Shown here one piece after another: positions 31,178-40,836 of a stretch of 64,000 nt of DNA. The notes below the pieces were generated by a model. It saw nothing but the letters and a program-made list of their open reading frames with translations, was not told where the DNA came from and made no database searches. The stretch is from an uncultured delta proteobacterium. GTDB taxonomy: Bacteria > Myxococcota > Kuafuiibacteriia > Kuafuiibacteriales > Kuafuiibacteriaceae. Position numbers and translations under genes: made by a program. Every line of letters starts with the position of its first letter. Position 1 is the first letter of the stretch. The DNA is taken from contig CAWDML010000006.1 of NCBI GenBank assembly GCA_963803435.1, positions 228,044-292,043 on the forward strand, given 5' to 3'.

Positions 31178-32545
31178 CTACTTCTTCTTCCGGCCCGCGG
31201 TCTTTCCTTCGACCGCCAGCAGGTGGAGATCGGTGACGTTCGTGTCCGTCGGCCCCGTCTCGACGCGCGCATCGATCTTTCCCAGCGCGCTGTAGCTGTC
31301 GTAGCGCTTGATGGCGTCGGGAACATCCACTTTCTTCGACTCGAGGTCCGCGATCGAATTGCCGTCGACCAGACCACCCGCCGCCTCCGAGGGGCCGTCG
31401 GTGCCGTCGGTGCCCGCCGACAAAAACGCCATGTGCTCGTCCCCGGCCATCGCCTGCGCCATCAAAAGAGCCAGGTGCTGGCTCCGGCCGCCCTTGCCCA
31501 CCTTGCCCTTCTTGATCAGATCGTGCGCGATCTGCACCGTCGGCTCCCCGACCGCCACGAACACCTCGCGCCCGGTACCGCTGCGCACCATCGAGCCGGC
31601 GCGCGCCATGTACTTCTCGACCAGATCCTCCACGGGCCCTTCGATGGGCTTCGTCGCGCACCGCACGCGGAGGCCCATGGTTCGCGCCGAGCGCGCCGCC
31701 GCCCGGAGCAGGGTCCGGGGCCCGCCCACCACCGCGGCGAACGCCCGCGACAGCCGCGCATCTCCGGGCTTGGGCGACTCCGGGATCTCGCCGCGCTGGC
31801 CCGCGTCCAGGTACTCGCGCACGCTCTCGGGCATGTCGTCCCAGATCTGGACCTTCTTGATCGCGTTGATGGCGTCCTTGTAGCGCGACGGATCGGCGAC
31901 CGTGGGGCCGCCGCCGATCGCCGGGAGCTTGTCGCCGACCACGTCGCTGAGCGCGAGCGTGAGCACCGAGGCCGGCGCAGCCACCACGGCCAGTCGGCCG
32001 CCCTTCACCCGGTCGAGGTGGGCGCGCACGATGTTCATGTTCTGGATGCTCATCCCGGAGGTCAGCATCCGCTCGGTGAGCTCGACGGTGTCCTCGAGAC
32101 CGATCTCCTTCACGGGTGAGCACAGCATCGCGCTCGCGCCGCCGGAGATGAGCACGAGCAACAGGTCCTCCTCGCCCAGCTCCGAGACGAGCTCGACTAC
32201 CTCGTCGGTGGCGCGGATGGAGTCGCGGTTCGGGATCGGATGACCGGCCTCGCGAACCTCGAAGCCTTCGACGGGACGCCCGTATCCCTTCTTGGTGACG
32301 ATGACCCCGAACGTCTTCTTGTCCTTGATCGCATCGGGGACCGCCTCCGCCATCGCAGGTGCGGCCTTACCGATGGCGACGACCCCGACCCGCTCCACAC
32401 GATCGAGCGCGATCGCCCTCCGGCCGGCTCGGATGGCGCCGCTCGAGACCTGCAGGCGCGCCTCCACCGCCTTGCCAGCGTGTGAAGCCGTGAGCGCCTC
32501 CTGGTAGATCGTGAGCAAGTCCTCGGCGAGGGGCGTGCGAGCCAT
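31178..32545 (-). CDS. Glycerate 2-kinase (DUF4147/MOFRL family)
   Basis: AIGKAAPAM, GHPIP, LISGGASA, VKGGRL, SDVVGD, GGRSQH, GTDGTDG, TGPTDTNVTD. Confidence 0.9.
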   Translation of the reverse strand: MARTPLAEDLLTIYQEALTASHAGKAVEARLQVSSGAIRAGRRAIALDRVERVGVVAIGKAAPAMAEAVPDAIKDKKTFGVIVTKKGYGRPVEGFEVREAGHPIPNRDSIRATDEVVELVSELGEEDLLLVLISGGASAMLCSPVKEIGLEDTVELTERMLTSGMSIQNMNIVRAHLDRVKGGRLAVVAAPASVLTLALSDVVGDKLPAIGGGPTVADPSRYKDAINAIKKVQIWDDMPESVREYLDAGQRGEIPESPKPGDARLSRAFAAVVGGPRTLLRAAARSARTMGLRVRCATKPIEGPVEDLVEKYMARAGSMVRSGTGREVFVAVGEPTVQIAHDLIKKGKVGKGGRSQHLALLMAQAMAGDEHMAFLSAGTDGTDGPSEAAGGLVDGNSIADLESKKVDVPDAIKRYDSYSALGKIDARVETGPTDTNVTDLHLLAVEGKTAGRKKK

Positions 32546-32690
32546 CGTGGGGTGGATATAGTCAAGTCCAGAACCAAGCGCAAAACCAACGATGGAAAGC
32601 GAGGGATCCACAGCGATTTTCGTCACCGCGCCCGGCCAAAGGCGCGAAAGTTGTTGGGTTGTCCTGGCGGAAGTAGGCTTCGTGACCAGG

Positions 32691-34991
32691 ATGACCGGCG
32701 CCCGCTTTGGCCTGGTGTTTTCCCTTGTTTCCGGAGTCTCCGCCCTGTCGACGGAGGCCTGGGCCGCCTGCGTGAACGGCGTCGGCGAAGAGTGCGTCTC
32801 CTTGCGCGAGAGCTTTCCGGTGGGCCCGGTGGACTTCTTCGCCACCGGCGGCTCGTTCGCCATCAACGACGATGACGACGACCGCCCCGACGCGGTCCTC
32901 GACGTGGCCGAGGTGACGGTCCCCGAGCGCCGGATCCCTGGCCGCGCCACCCTGGAGCGGGCCTACCTCTACTTCGGCGGGTCGCTGTTCCAGGACAACG
33001 ACGGCATGGACGCACCGGACATGGACGTCGAGATCCAGGTTCCCGGGAGCAGCAGCTTCGTCACGGCCACGGGCGATCAGGTCTATCAGTCCGAGCCCAT
33101 CCCCGGCTTTCCGGAGGTCACGCTCTACACGGTCCGGTCGGACATCACCGAGATCATGCGGGCGGCCGGCGGGCAGATGGTCGGCACCTACCGCGTGCGC
33201 GGCTTCGCCGCCGACATCTTCTACGAGGACCGCGAGCACACGGTGGCGAACGCGTCGTTCTCGATCGTCCTCGTCTTCCGCGAGCCCCGCCTGCCCAAGC
33301 GGCGCATCGTCCTCTTCGACGGCATGCAGGAGGTCCTCGGCTCCACCGTCACGCTCGATCTGTCGGGGTTCATCGTCTCCGAGATCCCATCCGGCTCGCT
33401 GACGATCTACGCGCTCGAGGGTGACTGCAACCCCGGCCCCGAGTCCTGCGCCAACGGGAACAACCTCTCCGGGCTCGAGCGGATCTTCGTGATCGGCGCG
33501 GACGCGTCCCGTACGCTGGTCCTCAGCGATCCGATCAACCCGCCCAACGACATCTTCAACCGCACCATCAACACGGTCGATCCGCCCCTCACCAACGTGC
33601 CGGGGACGGACATCGATCGCTTCGACATCACGCCGGTCCTGCGCCCGGGTGATCAGAGCGTCACGGTTCAGGTGACCTCGCCCGCCCCCAAGTCGCCGTA
33701 CAGCGGCGAGCTGATCGGGCTGGCGTACGTGGTCGTCGGCATCGACGTGTTCGCGCCCGACCTGGAGCCGGACTCCCGCATCGAGATCACCACCGCACGC
33801 GGGGAGAAGCTCGACGCCTTCTACCCGGGCGATCCGCTGCGCGTCACCTTCGCGCTCAGCAACACCGGCAACCTACCCGGCACCGGCGTCACCCTCGACA
33901 CCGACCTGCCGGAGAACGCCACCGCGTTCATGGTGGATCGGATCCCGGAGAACGCCGGCTCGACCGTCGACGAGACCGGCGGCGCCGCGGGCAAGGGACG
34001 GGTCAGCGTCGACGGGATCTCGGTCCGCCACGGCGAGGTCCAGGGCCTGACGATGCTGGTCGAGACCGAGTGCCCGCTGCCCGAGGGCGGCACGTTCGCG
34101 ATCAGCGGTGAAGTCGGCGCGCCGGTCGAGGGCGGAAACCCATTTACGCTCACCGCCTCGGTGGCGCTGCTCCCGCGCGACATCTGCGGGCCGCGCTTCT
34201 ATCTCTTCGGCGGCGGCGGCTGCCGCATCGCGGGCGGACGGGCCGGCGGCGGCTCGCTCTGGCTCGGCATCCTCCTGATCGCGGGCCTGCTCTCGATCCG
34301 CCATGGGCGCGGGCGCCGCCTCGCGGTGCTCCTCTTCGCGGGGTCCGTCAACTCCGCCTGCGGAGGCCAGATCAACGAGGCCGATCGTCCGCCGCCGGCC
34401 GAGCTCGGGATCCTCTGCCCGGACGCCCTCGACATGGTCGCCGTCCCCGCCCTCGCCGGTCGCGACGCCTTCTGCATCGATCGCTACGAGGCCACGATCG
34501 AGGCAGACGGCAGCGCCGCCTCCACCCGGTTCGTACGCCCGGCCCGCGGCGTCACCTGGTTCCAGGCCCGCGACGCCTGTGAGCGCGCCGGTAAGCGCTT
34601 GTGTACCGCGGATGAGTGGCAGACCGCGTGCCGTGGCGACGCCGACAGCACGTACCCGTACGGCGACGTGTGGGAGCCCTCCACCTGCAACGGCTTCGAC
34701 GCCGCGCGGCGCGACGTCGTGGAGACCGGCGGCATGATCTACGGCGCCATCGCCGACGACGGCTCCCTGGTGGCCCGCGGCTGCGTCGGGCCGGTCGGCG
34801 CCTACGATCTCTCAGGCAACGTCTGGGAGTGGAACGCGACCTCGTTCTTCGGCGACACCCAGCGCGGGATCGCCGGCGGCGGGTACCGCTCGAACAAGAT
34901 CGGCCTCCGCTGTGTCACCGGTGAGACCCACGCGGTGCCCGACGAGGAGAACGACGCCTTCGGCTTCCGCTGCTGTCGCGACGCCATGTAA
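32691..34991 (+). CDS. Exported beta-rich protein fused to a C-terminal SUMF1/FGE-sulfatase-like domain
   Basis: FCIDRYE, AGKRLCTADEWQTAC, YPYG, YDLSGNVWEW, GFRCC; internal GGGGC + TM + basic stretch. Confidence 0.8.
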   Translation: MTGARFGLVFSLVSGVSALSTEAWAACVNGVGEECVSLRESFPVGPVDFFATGGSFAINDDDDDRPDAVLDVAEVTVPERRIPGRATLERAYLYFGGSLFQDNDGMDAPDMDVEIQVPGSSSFVTATGDQVYQSEPIPGFPEVTLYTVRSDITEIMRAAGGQMVGTYRVRGFAADIFYEDREHTVANASFSIVLVFREPRLPKRRIVLFDGMQEVLGSTVTLDLSGFIVSEIPSGSLTIYALEGDCNPGPESCANGNNLSGLERIFVIGADASRTLVLSDPINPPNDIFNRTINTVDPPLTNVPGTDIDRFDITPVLRPGDQSVTVQVTSPAPKSPYSGELIGLAYVVVGIDVFAPDLEPDSRIEITTARGEKLDAFYPGDPLRVTFALSNTGNLPGTGVTLDTDLPENATAFMVDRIPENAGSTVDETGGAAGKGRVSVDGISVRHGEVQGLTMLVETECPLPEGGTFAISGEVGAPVEGGNPFTLTASVALLPRDICGPRFYLFGGGGCRIAGGRAGGGSLWLGILLIAGLLSIRHGRGRRLAVLLFAGSVNSACGGQINEADRPPPAELGILCPDALDMVAVPALAGRDAFCIDRYEATIEADGSAASTRFVRPARGVTWFQARDACERAGKRLCTADEWQTACRGDADSTYPYGDVWEPSTCNGFDAARRDVVETGGMIYGAIADDGSLVARGCVGPVGAYDLSGNVWEWNATSFFGDTQRGIAGGGYRSNKIGLRCVTGETHAVPDEENDAFGFRCCRDAM

Positions 34992-35021
34992 GGATCGCCG
35001 GCCCGTCCGCCACCAGGGGGG

Positions 35022-36524
35022 ATGGATGCGCTCCTCCTGGCCGGCCTCCTGATCGCGGGAACACCGAACCCGAAGAAGAAGACGGTCGTCGACTTCTCCG
35101 ACCTCGAGCTCTCGGGATCGCTGGTCGCGCCCGAGGGATCGTTCCTCTCGGCGCGACCCGGCGGGACGCAGGACGCCGACTACTTCCGCGCGTCCGCTCT
35201 CGCCGGCGAGATCCCGCAGGCCGAGGCCATCACCGCGGAGGGTCTGCTGGCGGGCCATGATCTGCCACTGTCCGCACCGCCGGCCTGCCGCGTGCTCCTC
35301 TGCGCCGCGGCGGAGGCGGCGCCCATGGTCCTGGCAAGTCGGCCGGAGGTGACCCACCTGGTGCAGGTTGGGTTGACATCGACGATCGACGCTTCGCGAT
35401 TCAACCGGGGTCCGCTCGAGCTGATCCTGTTGGTGGACCGGTCGGGATCGATGGCCGGCCAGCCGCTCGAGCTGGTCAAGGAGACCCTGTCGGCAATCGC
35501 GGCGAAGATGACGCTCGAAGACGATCGGATCGCGATCGTCGCGTTCGGGGATCGCGCCGAGGTGGTCCTCCGGCCGACGCGCGATCGAGCGCGGATCGCC
35601 CGCGCGATCGCCTCGATCGAGGCCGGCGGCTCGACCGCGATGGAGGCCGGCCTGGCGCGCGCCTTCGCGCTGGCCGCCGGCGAGCGCGGGTTCGACGGGA
35701 CCCGGCGCGTCATGCTGTTCACCGACGAGCGCCCGAACGTGGGCCGGACCGACGCGGGGGGCTTCCGCGCCCGGGCCGAGGCAGCTGCGCGGCGCGGGGT
35801 CGGCCTGACCACCATCGGCGTCGGGACCGAGTTCGGCGTCGAGCTCGCCACCGCGGTCAGCGGCGTTCGGGGCGCCAATCTCTTCTACTTCGCCGACCCG
35901 ACGACCATGAAGCGCCGCATCGAGGAGGAGCTCGACCTGATGACCACCGAGCTCGGACACGACCTCGAGCTCTCGATCACGCCAGCGCCGGAGACGAGGG
36001 TCGTCGATCTGTACGGCGTCCCCGCCGGCTTTTGTCGCCGGAGGGGCCGCGCGCTGGTGGTGTCCGTGCGCTCGCTGTTCGCCAGCAAGCGGCGCGGCGC
36101 CCTCTTTCTCGCGCTCGCGAGCGACGAGGCACTCCCGCGCTCGCCGTCCCGGCTTCGCGGGATGACCTCCGGCCTGGAGGCCTCATCCGGCTCGACCCCG
36201 GACTCCGCGCTCGTTCGAGTGGCGCTGTCGTTCGTGGAGAGCGGGGGGCTGCCTCGCTCGCAGTCGCTGGCGGTGCGCGCGGGGCCGCCCACCCACGGGC
36301 TCACGCGCGGAGCTGCGATCATCGACGCGTTCGTGGGTCTCTCCGCGGCCACCGACCAGTTCCATCGGCTCGGTGATCCGGATCGCGCGCTGGCGGCGCT
36401 CACCCCGGTGGCGGCGCGCTTTCGCGACCTCGACGATCCCGACCTCGCGGAAGAGCGCCGAATGATCGAAGCCGTGGAGTCGACGCTTCGAGGATTCAGA
36501 CACATGCCGAGCGCGCGACGGTGA
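35022..36524 (+). CDS. VWA-domain exported protein with CglF-like N-terminal peptide
   Basis: MIDAS VDRSGSM, GGSTAM, LFTDERPNVG, TIGVG; N-terminal KKKTVVDFSDLELSGSLVAPEGSF. Confidence 0.8.
   Translation: MDALLLAGLLIAGTPNPKKKTVVDFSDLELSGSLVAPEGSFLSARPGGTQDADYFRASALAGEIPQAEAITAEGLLAGHDLPLSAPPACRVLLCAAAEAAPMVLASRPEVTHLVQVGLTSTIDASRFNRGPLELILLVDRSGSMAGQPLELVKETLSAIAAKMTLEDDRIAIVAFGDRAEVVLRPTRDRARIARAIASIEAGGSTAMEAGLARAFALAAGERGFDGTRRVMLFTDERPNVGRTDAGGFRARAEAAARRGVGLTTIGVGTEFGVELATAVSGVRGANLFYFADPTTMKRRIEEELDLMTTELGHDLELSITPAPETRVVDLYGVPAGFCRRRGRALVVSVRSLFASKRRGALFLALASDEALPRSPSRLRGMTSGLEASSGSTPDSALVRVALSFVESGGLPRSQSLAVRAGPPTHGLTRGAAIIDAFVGLSAATDQFHRLGDPDRALAALTPVAARFRDLDDPDLAEERRMIEAVESTLRGFRHMPSARR
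36126..36170 (-). repeat. REP-like palindromic repeat inside the VWA gene
   Basis: Reverse complement GGAGGTCATCCCGCGAAGCCGGGACGGCGAGCGCGGGAGTGCCTC aligns with 53722-53768. Confidence 0.65.
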
Positions 36525-36608
36525 GAGACGATCTGCCCCGCGCGCGGGTGCCCCAGAGGTGAACCCGTGGATGGTCGCCGGCGTCGCGCTGCCGCTAGGA
36601 TCGACCGG

Positions 36609-37571
36609 GTGCCCCGATGGATCGTCCTTGCTCTCGCGCTGGTCGCCTGTGCCCCCGACGCCGCGGACGCCCCTGACGCCGGCGGCGACGCTTCGACGTT
36701 CGACCGCGGCGACACCGGCCTGGTCGACGCGGGCACGGCCGACGGCGGCGCGGCCCCCGACGGCGGCCCCCCTCCGGGCCAGGTCACGCTGGGCGGCGAT
36801 CGACCGGCCCAGATGGTGGTGCCTGAGGGCTACGACGGCTCGCCCCGGCCGCTCGTGATCCTGCTCCACGGCTACTCCATCGACGCGGCCGCGCAGGACG
36901 CGTACTTCCAGATGTCGGCGCGGGTAGACGAGCGCGGCTTCTTCCTGCTGCTCCCGAACGGCACCCCGGAGGCCTCCGCCGCCGGCTACCGCTTCTGGAA
37001 CGCCACCGACGCCTGCTGCAACTTCTACGGCAGCACGGTCGACGACGTCGCCTATCTGCGCGGCTTGATCGACGAGGCGAAGATGTCGTTCGCCATCGGC
37101 TCCGTCCACCTGATCGGCCACTCGAACGGCGGGTTCATGGCCTACCGGATGGCCTGCGACGCCGCCGACGCCATCGACTCGGTCGTCTCTCTCGCCGGCG
37201 CCACCTTCCTCGACGACACCCGCTGCCGGCCCACCCGCCCCACCCGCGTCCTCCAGATCCACGGAACCAGCGACACCACCATCCTCTACGCCGGCGTCGC
37301 GACCGGCCCCATGCAGTACCCGGGCGCCGAAGACACGGTCCGTCGCTGGGCGGCCCACGACGGCTGCGATCCCACCACCATCGACAACGGCGCCCCGCTG
37401 GACCTCGACCTCACGCTCACGGGAACCGAGACCGACGTCATGGTCTACGAGCGCGGCTGCGCCCCCGGCGTCGACGCCGAGCTCTGGCGGATCAACGGCG
37501 CCGGCCACATCCCGACCCTCACGCCCGACTTCACCGACCGGATGCTCGACTGGACGCTCCCGCCGGAGTGA
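36609..37571 (+). CDS. PHB-depolymerase/LpqP-like alpha/beta hydrolase lipoprotein
   Basis: Lipobox LVAC; LLHG, WNATDACC, DDVAYL, GHSNGG nucleophile elbow, IHGTSD, GAGH. Confidence 0.85.
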   Translation: MPRWIVLALALVACAPDAADAPDAGGDASTFDRGDTGLVDAGTADGGAAPDGGPPPGQVTLGGDRPAQMVVPEGYDGSPRPLVILLHGYSIDAAAQDAYFQMSARVDERGFFLLLPNGTPEASAAGYRFWNATDACCNFYGSTVDDVAYLRGLIDEAKMSFAIGSVHLIGHSNGGFMAYRMACDAADAIDSVVSLAGATFLDDTRCRPTRPTRVLQIHGTSDTTILYAGVATGPMQYPGAEDTVRRWAAHDGCDPTTIDNGAPLDLDLTLTGTETDVMVYERGCAPGVDAELWRINGAGHIPTLTPDFTDRMLDWTLPPE

Positions 37572-37640
37572 GCCTGCGCCGCCGGTCGACGCTGCGCTGG
37601 AGTTCAATCTTCCGGCGGGCGAGACTCGCGCGAACGCGCC

Positions 37641-38585
37641 ATGCGCCCGCTCGTCCTCGCCCTCGTGATCGCCGGATGTCCGGCGGCCGATCCGCCCGCG
37701 CCCCCGCCGCGACCGCCCGGGGCCGTCCCGTACGACTGCGCCTTCGCTGATCCGTCCGCCGCCTCGTGCACGCCAAGCCCGGTCTGGATCGCCGAGCTCG
37801 ATCGGATGGGTGCGCGCGCGATCGAACCCGGCGACGACCCGCTCTCGCAGGCGGTGTGCCGCCGGGCCGCCGCCGCTCTCGACCAGGCGCTCGCCGCCGA
37901 TCCGGCGCGGCTGACAGAGGTGGAGCGAATCGTGGCGCAGAACGGCGCGCTGCGCCTGGTCGGTCCCAAGAGCTGCGAGCGCGACGGCGCGGGCGGGATC
38001 TCGCGGAGAGCCTCGCAAGCCATCTTGCATCTGGCGCTGCCGGCCGCGGCGCTCGACGCGCTCGGCGGCGAGCCGTGGTCCGATCTCGAGAGCTGGCTGG
38101 GCCCCCACTCCGACTGGGTCGACCGCAGATCCGAGCACGCCCCGCTCTTCCACGACACCATCGAGTTCTTCACCCAGGCCTTCCGACCGCTCAGGAGCGG
38201 ATCGACCCACGCGGTGGTGAGCCAGATGGTCGCGATCGATACGGCCTGGCACGTCCACGTGACCCCCGTCGTGGGCAGGATCGAGCTCCGGCGCGGCGAC
38301 GGCCTCGGAGCGCCCGCCTGCATCGGGAAGCTCGACGCCGCCCGTCTTCGCTGCCGGGCGGGGCGCCTGCGTCCGGTCCCTGAGGCGGACCTCCCCACGA
38401 ACGCCTTCGTCCAGCGTCCGGGCCCGGGTCTGGTGGATTGCAACCGCTGCCACGCCGTGCCCGAGGCGAACGCCAACCTGGTCGACCTTCCCGCGGGAGA
38501 CGTCGACGCGCTCACCACCCGGCGAGCGCTGTTTCTCGAAGGCGCAGAAGAGGGAGTCGAGACGATCCGGACGAGGCTCCAGTGA
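37641..38585 (+). CDS. Hypothetical lipoprotein with one CxxCH motif
   Basis: Lipobox IAGC; CNRCH near the C-terminus. Confidence 0.6.
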   Translation: MRPLVLALVIAGCPAADPPAPPPRPPGAVPYDCAFADPSAASCTPSPVWIAELDRMGARAIEPGDDPLSQAVCRRAAAALDQALAADPARLTEVERIVAQNGALRLVGPKSCERDGAGGISRRASQAILHLALPAAALDALGGEPWSDLESWLGPHSDWVDRRSEHAPLFHDTIEFFTQAFRPLRSGSTHAVVSQMVAIDTAWHVHVTPVVGRIELRRGDGLGAPACIGKLDAARLRCRAGRLRPVPEADLPTNAFVQRPGPGLVDCNRCHAVPEANANLVDLPAGDVDALTTRRALFLEGAEEGVETIRTRLQ

Positions 38586-38588
38586 GGA

Positions 38589-38957
38589 TCAGTTGTCGCC
38601 GCCGGCGGTGGTGCCGGTGTCCGTGATGCCCGTATCGACGCCTGTGTCGACGCCGGTATCCCCGGTGCCCGCCTCGCCGACCCCGGTGTCCGGGACGACG
38701 ATCGGCATCGTGTTCCTGAGACGACACCGGCCCAGCTCGCAGTAGAACTGCGTCTGACCGTTGCCGTCACCATCGCAGTCGGTGTCGACCTGGCAGGTCT
38801 TGTCGAAGAACGGTGACAGCGCCTTCTGGCAGGTCTCCTGGTAGCAGACCTCGTCGGCGGCGCAGTCCTCGGCTTTGGTACAGTCGCCGCTGCAGCTGGT
38901 CAAAAGACCGCAGGCGGCGAACAACATCGCGGAGCAGAGCAGTTTCAACGTGGACAT
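38589..38957 (-). CDS. Small Cys-rich lipoprotein with DTG-repeat tail
   Basis: LLTSC lipobox; CTKAEDC...CQVDTDC...C; DTGV repeats. Confidence 0.65.
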   Translation of the reverse strand: MSTLKLLCSAMLFAACGLLTSCSGDCTKAEDCAADEVCYQETCQKALSPFFDKTCQVDTDCDGDGNGQTQFYCELGRCRLRNTMPIVVPDTGVGEAGTGDTGVDTGVDTGITDTGTTAGGDN

Positions 38958-39148
38958 GGGGAGCAACTCCGAAGCTCAGCCTAGCGGCGCGGGAGGCCAG
39001 GAGCAAATCCGTGGCCGACCCCTGCAGGATTCCAGCATTACGCGGCCTCGAGGGCGCCCTAGGAGCGTGTAGCGCGTAAGCGCTCACGCGACCCCGGTCC
39101 GGGTCCCGGTCCCGGTCCGGGTCCCGATCTGAAGATGGCTGCCTTGAG

Positions 39149-40602
39149 TCAGACGCTCGCGACGGTCGCGAGCTTCGATCGGTAGAGCTTGAGCAGGTTG
39201 TGGGTGAGGCAGACGAGCGTCCACTCGGCTCGTACCTTGAAGAAGGAGCGGAGCGAGAACCGGCGGAATCCTCGTGCCCCTTTGATCTGTCCGAGCGCCG
39301 GTTCGACGATACTCTTGCTGCGGGCGTAGACCGCCTTGCCGTCGGCGCGTTTGCAACTTGTCTCGCATTCGCTTGCGAGCGAGCGAGGCAGGTGTGGGCT
39401 CCGAAGCTGATGAGGACGGAGTCGACGCGTCTTGGTTCTGTTCGCGTCCAACAGCGATGTGGGCATCGATCTGATTGTTGTCGCAGAATTCGATGTTGGT
39501 CGCGCTCAGATAGCCGTTGTCTGCCGTCATCTTCCGCGGAGCATCGCCGCAGTTGCCGAACACATCACGGAGCATCGGGACGAGGTGTTGCTGATCAGGT
39601 GCCTGGTTGCTGACCCCTTCGGCGACAATCACCTGAGCGTGCTCATCTACGACAACTTGGGCATTGTAGGCCTGGAGGTACGCTCCCTCCTTCAACATGA
39701 TCCTGCTGTCTGAGTCGGTGAAGTTCCTCTGAGCGTTGGGCCTCGGTGTGCCGTCCACATTGGCAGGAACGCGATGATGCGGCCATCCATCATTTCGTTC
39801 AGTTGGGTCTGGGGATGGTTCGAGCTGGTCAGCCTGCGCTCTTGCCTTCTCGGCTCGAGTTCTCGCTCGCTTCTGCTCCACCCGATCCACAAGAGCATCA
39901 TCCGCTTTGCTCTGCTGCTCTTCGGCTTGCCTGCGCAATTTCTCCGCGCGAGCCCTGGCGGCATCCTGTTCCAGCGCAGCCTTCGCTTCTCGAATGCGGG
40001 CAAGGCGGGATTCACGGCGAGCGAGCTCCGCTGGGATGTCCTCTTCAGTCTCCTCAACGCCCAGCCGCTCGTCTTCCTCTTGGTCGATCGTGCGCGCTCG
40101 CTCCAGCAGCTCTTCGATCTCGAGAGACAGCCGCTTCTCCTCCTCGGCCATCCGCTCGTAGGTCATCGCCTTGTGCTTGCTCGCGTTCGCCTGCACCTTC
40201 GAGCCATCGAGTGCGACGTGTCCGAGCCGCACCAAACCTGCTTTCTGGCAAAGCTTCAGGACTTCGAGGAAGAGCGCTTTCAGTGCCTCCAGGTGGACGA
40301 GCCGAAACTCGTTGATCGTCGTGAAGTGGGGATGACTCTCTCCAGCCAGCACCCGGAATGGAATGTCTTCGTAGGTCGCCCGCGCGATCCTCCGCGACGA
40401 ATAGATGCCGGTGCAGTAGGCGTACAGAAGCAGCGCGATCATCATTCGAGGCGAGTACGGTCCTTGGACTGGATCGAGATCTCGATCGCGCTCAGCTCTA
40501 CCTCATCGACGACGTCCAAGACGAAGTACGCGAGATGATTTTCTGGGAGCCACTCGAGAGGGGACGGCGGGAGCAAGAACGATTGTCTCGGAGTCCAAGA
40601 AC
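39149..40602 (-). pseudogene. IS1182-family transposase (start deleted, short deletion near 40460, +1 frameshift near 39345)
   Basis: LLYAYCTGIYSSRRIA, HPHFTTINEFR, VALDGSKVQANASKHKAM, NFTDSDSRIM, YNAQ, ADNGY, IVEPALGQIK, HNLLKL. Confidence 0.9.
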
Positions 40603-40772
40603 ACAAGAACTGCAACCCGGTCACGCTCACGTCCGCGATCAGCTTCGGCGGGCATCCGATTCCATCGTGAACAACACCGCCGAGGGCGCCGGAGAGTTCA
40701 ATCAAGCTCAAGCGCGTTGTCGAGATGCTCACGCGCCTCATCAAGTCGATGAACGCACGCCGGGCTGCATGA
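40603..40772 (+). pseudogene. Four-helix-bundle gene remnant (5' and internal deletions)
   Basis: QELQPGHAHVRDQLRRASDSIVNNTAEGAGEFN is joined directly to the ...KRVVEMLTRLIKSMNARRAA* sequence; near-identical to the matching parts of 26213-26505. Confidence 0.8.
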
Positions 40773-40836
40773 TCGCCATCGGGACCGGGACCGGGACCCG
40801 GACCGGGCTCGCGGTAGCGCTACGCGCTACACGCTC

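Larger units (their letters stand above)
39063..40836. mobile_element. IS1182-type element with four-helix-bundle remnant (copy 2, inverted relative to copy 1)
   Basis: TIRs 39063-39128 and 40778-40836; flanks CTAG (39059) and TTAG (40837). Confidence 0.9.
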
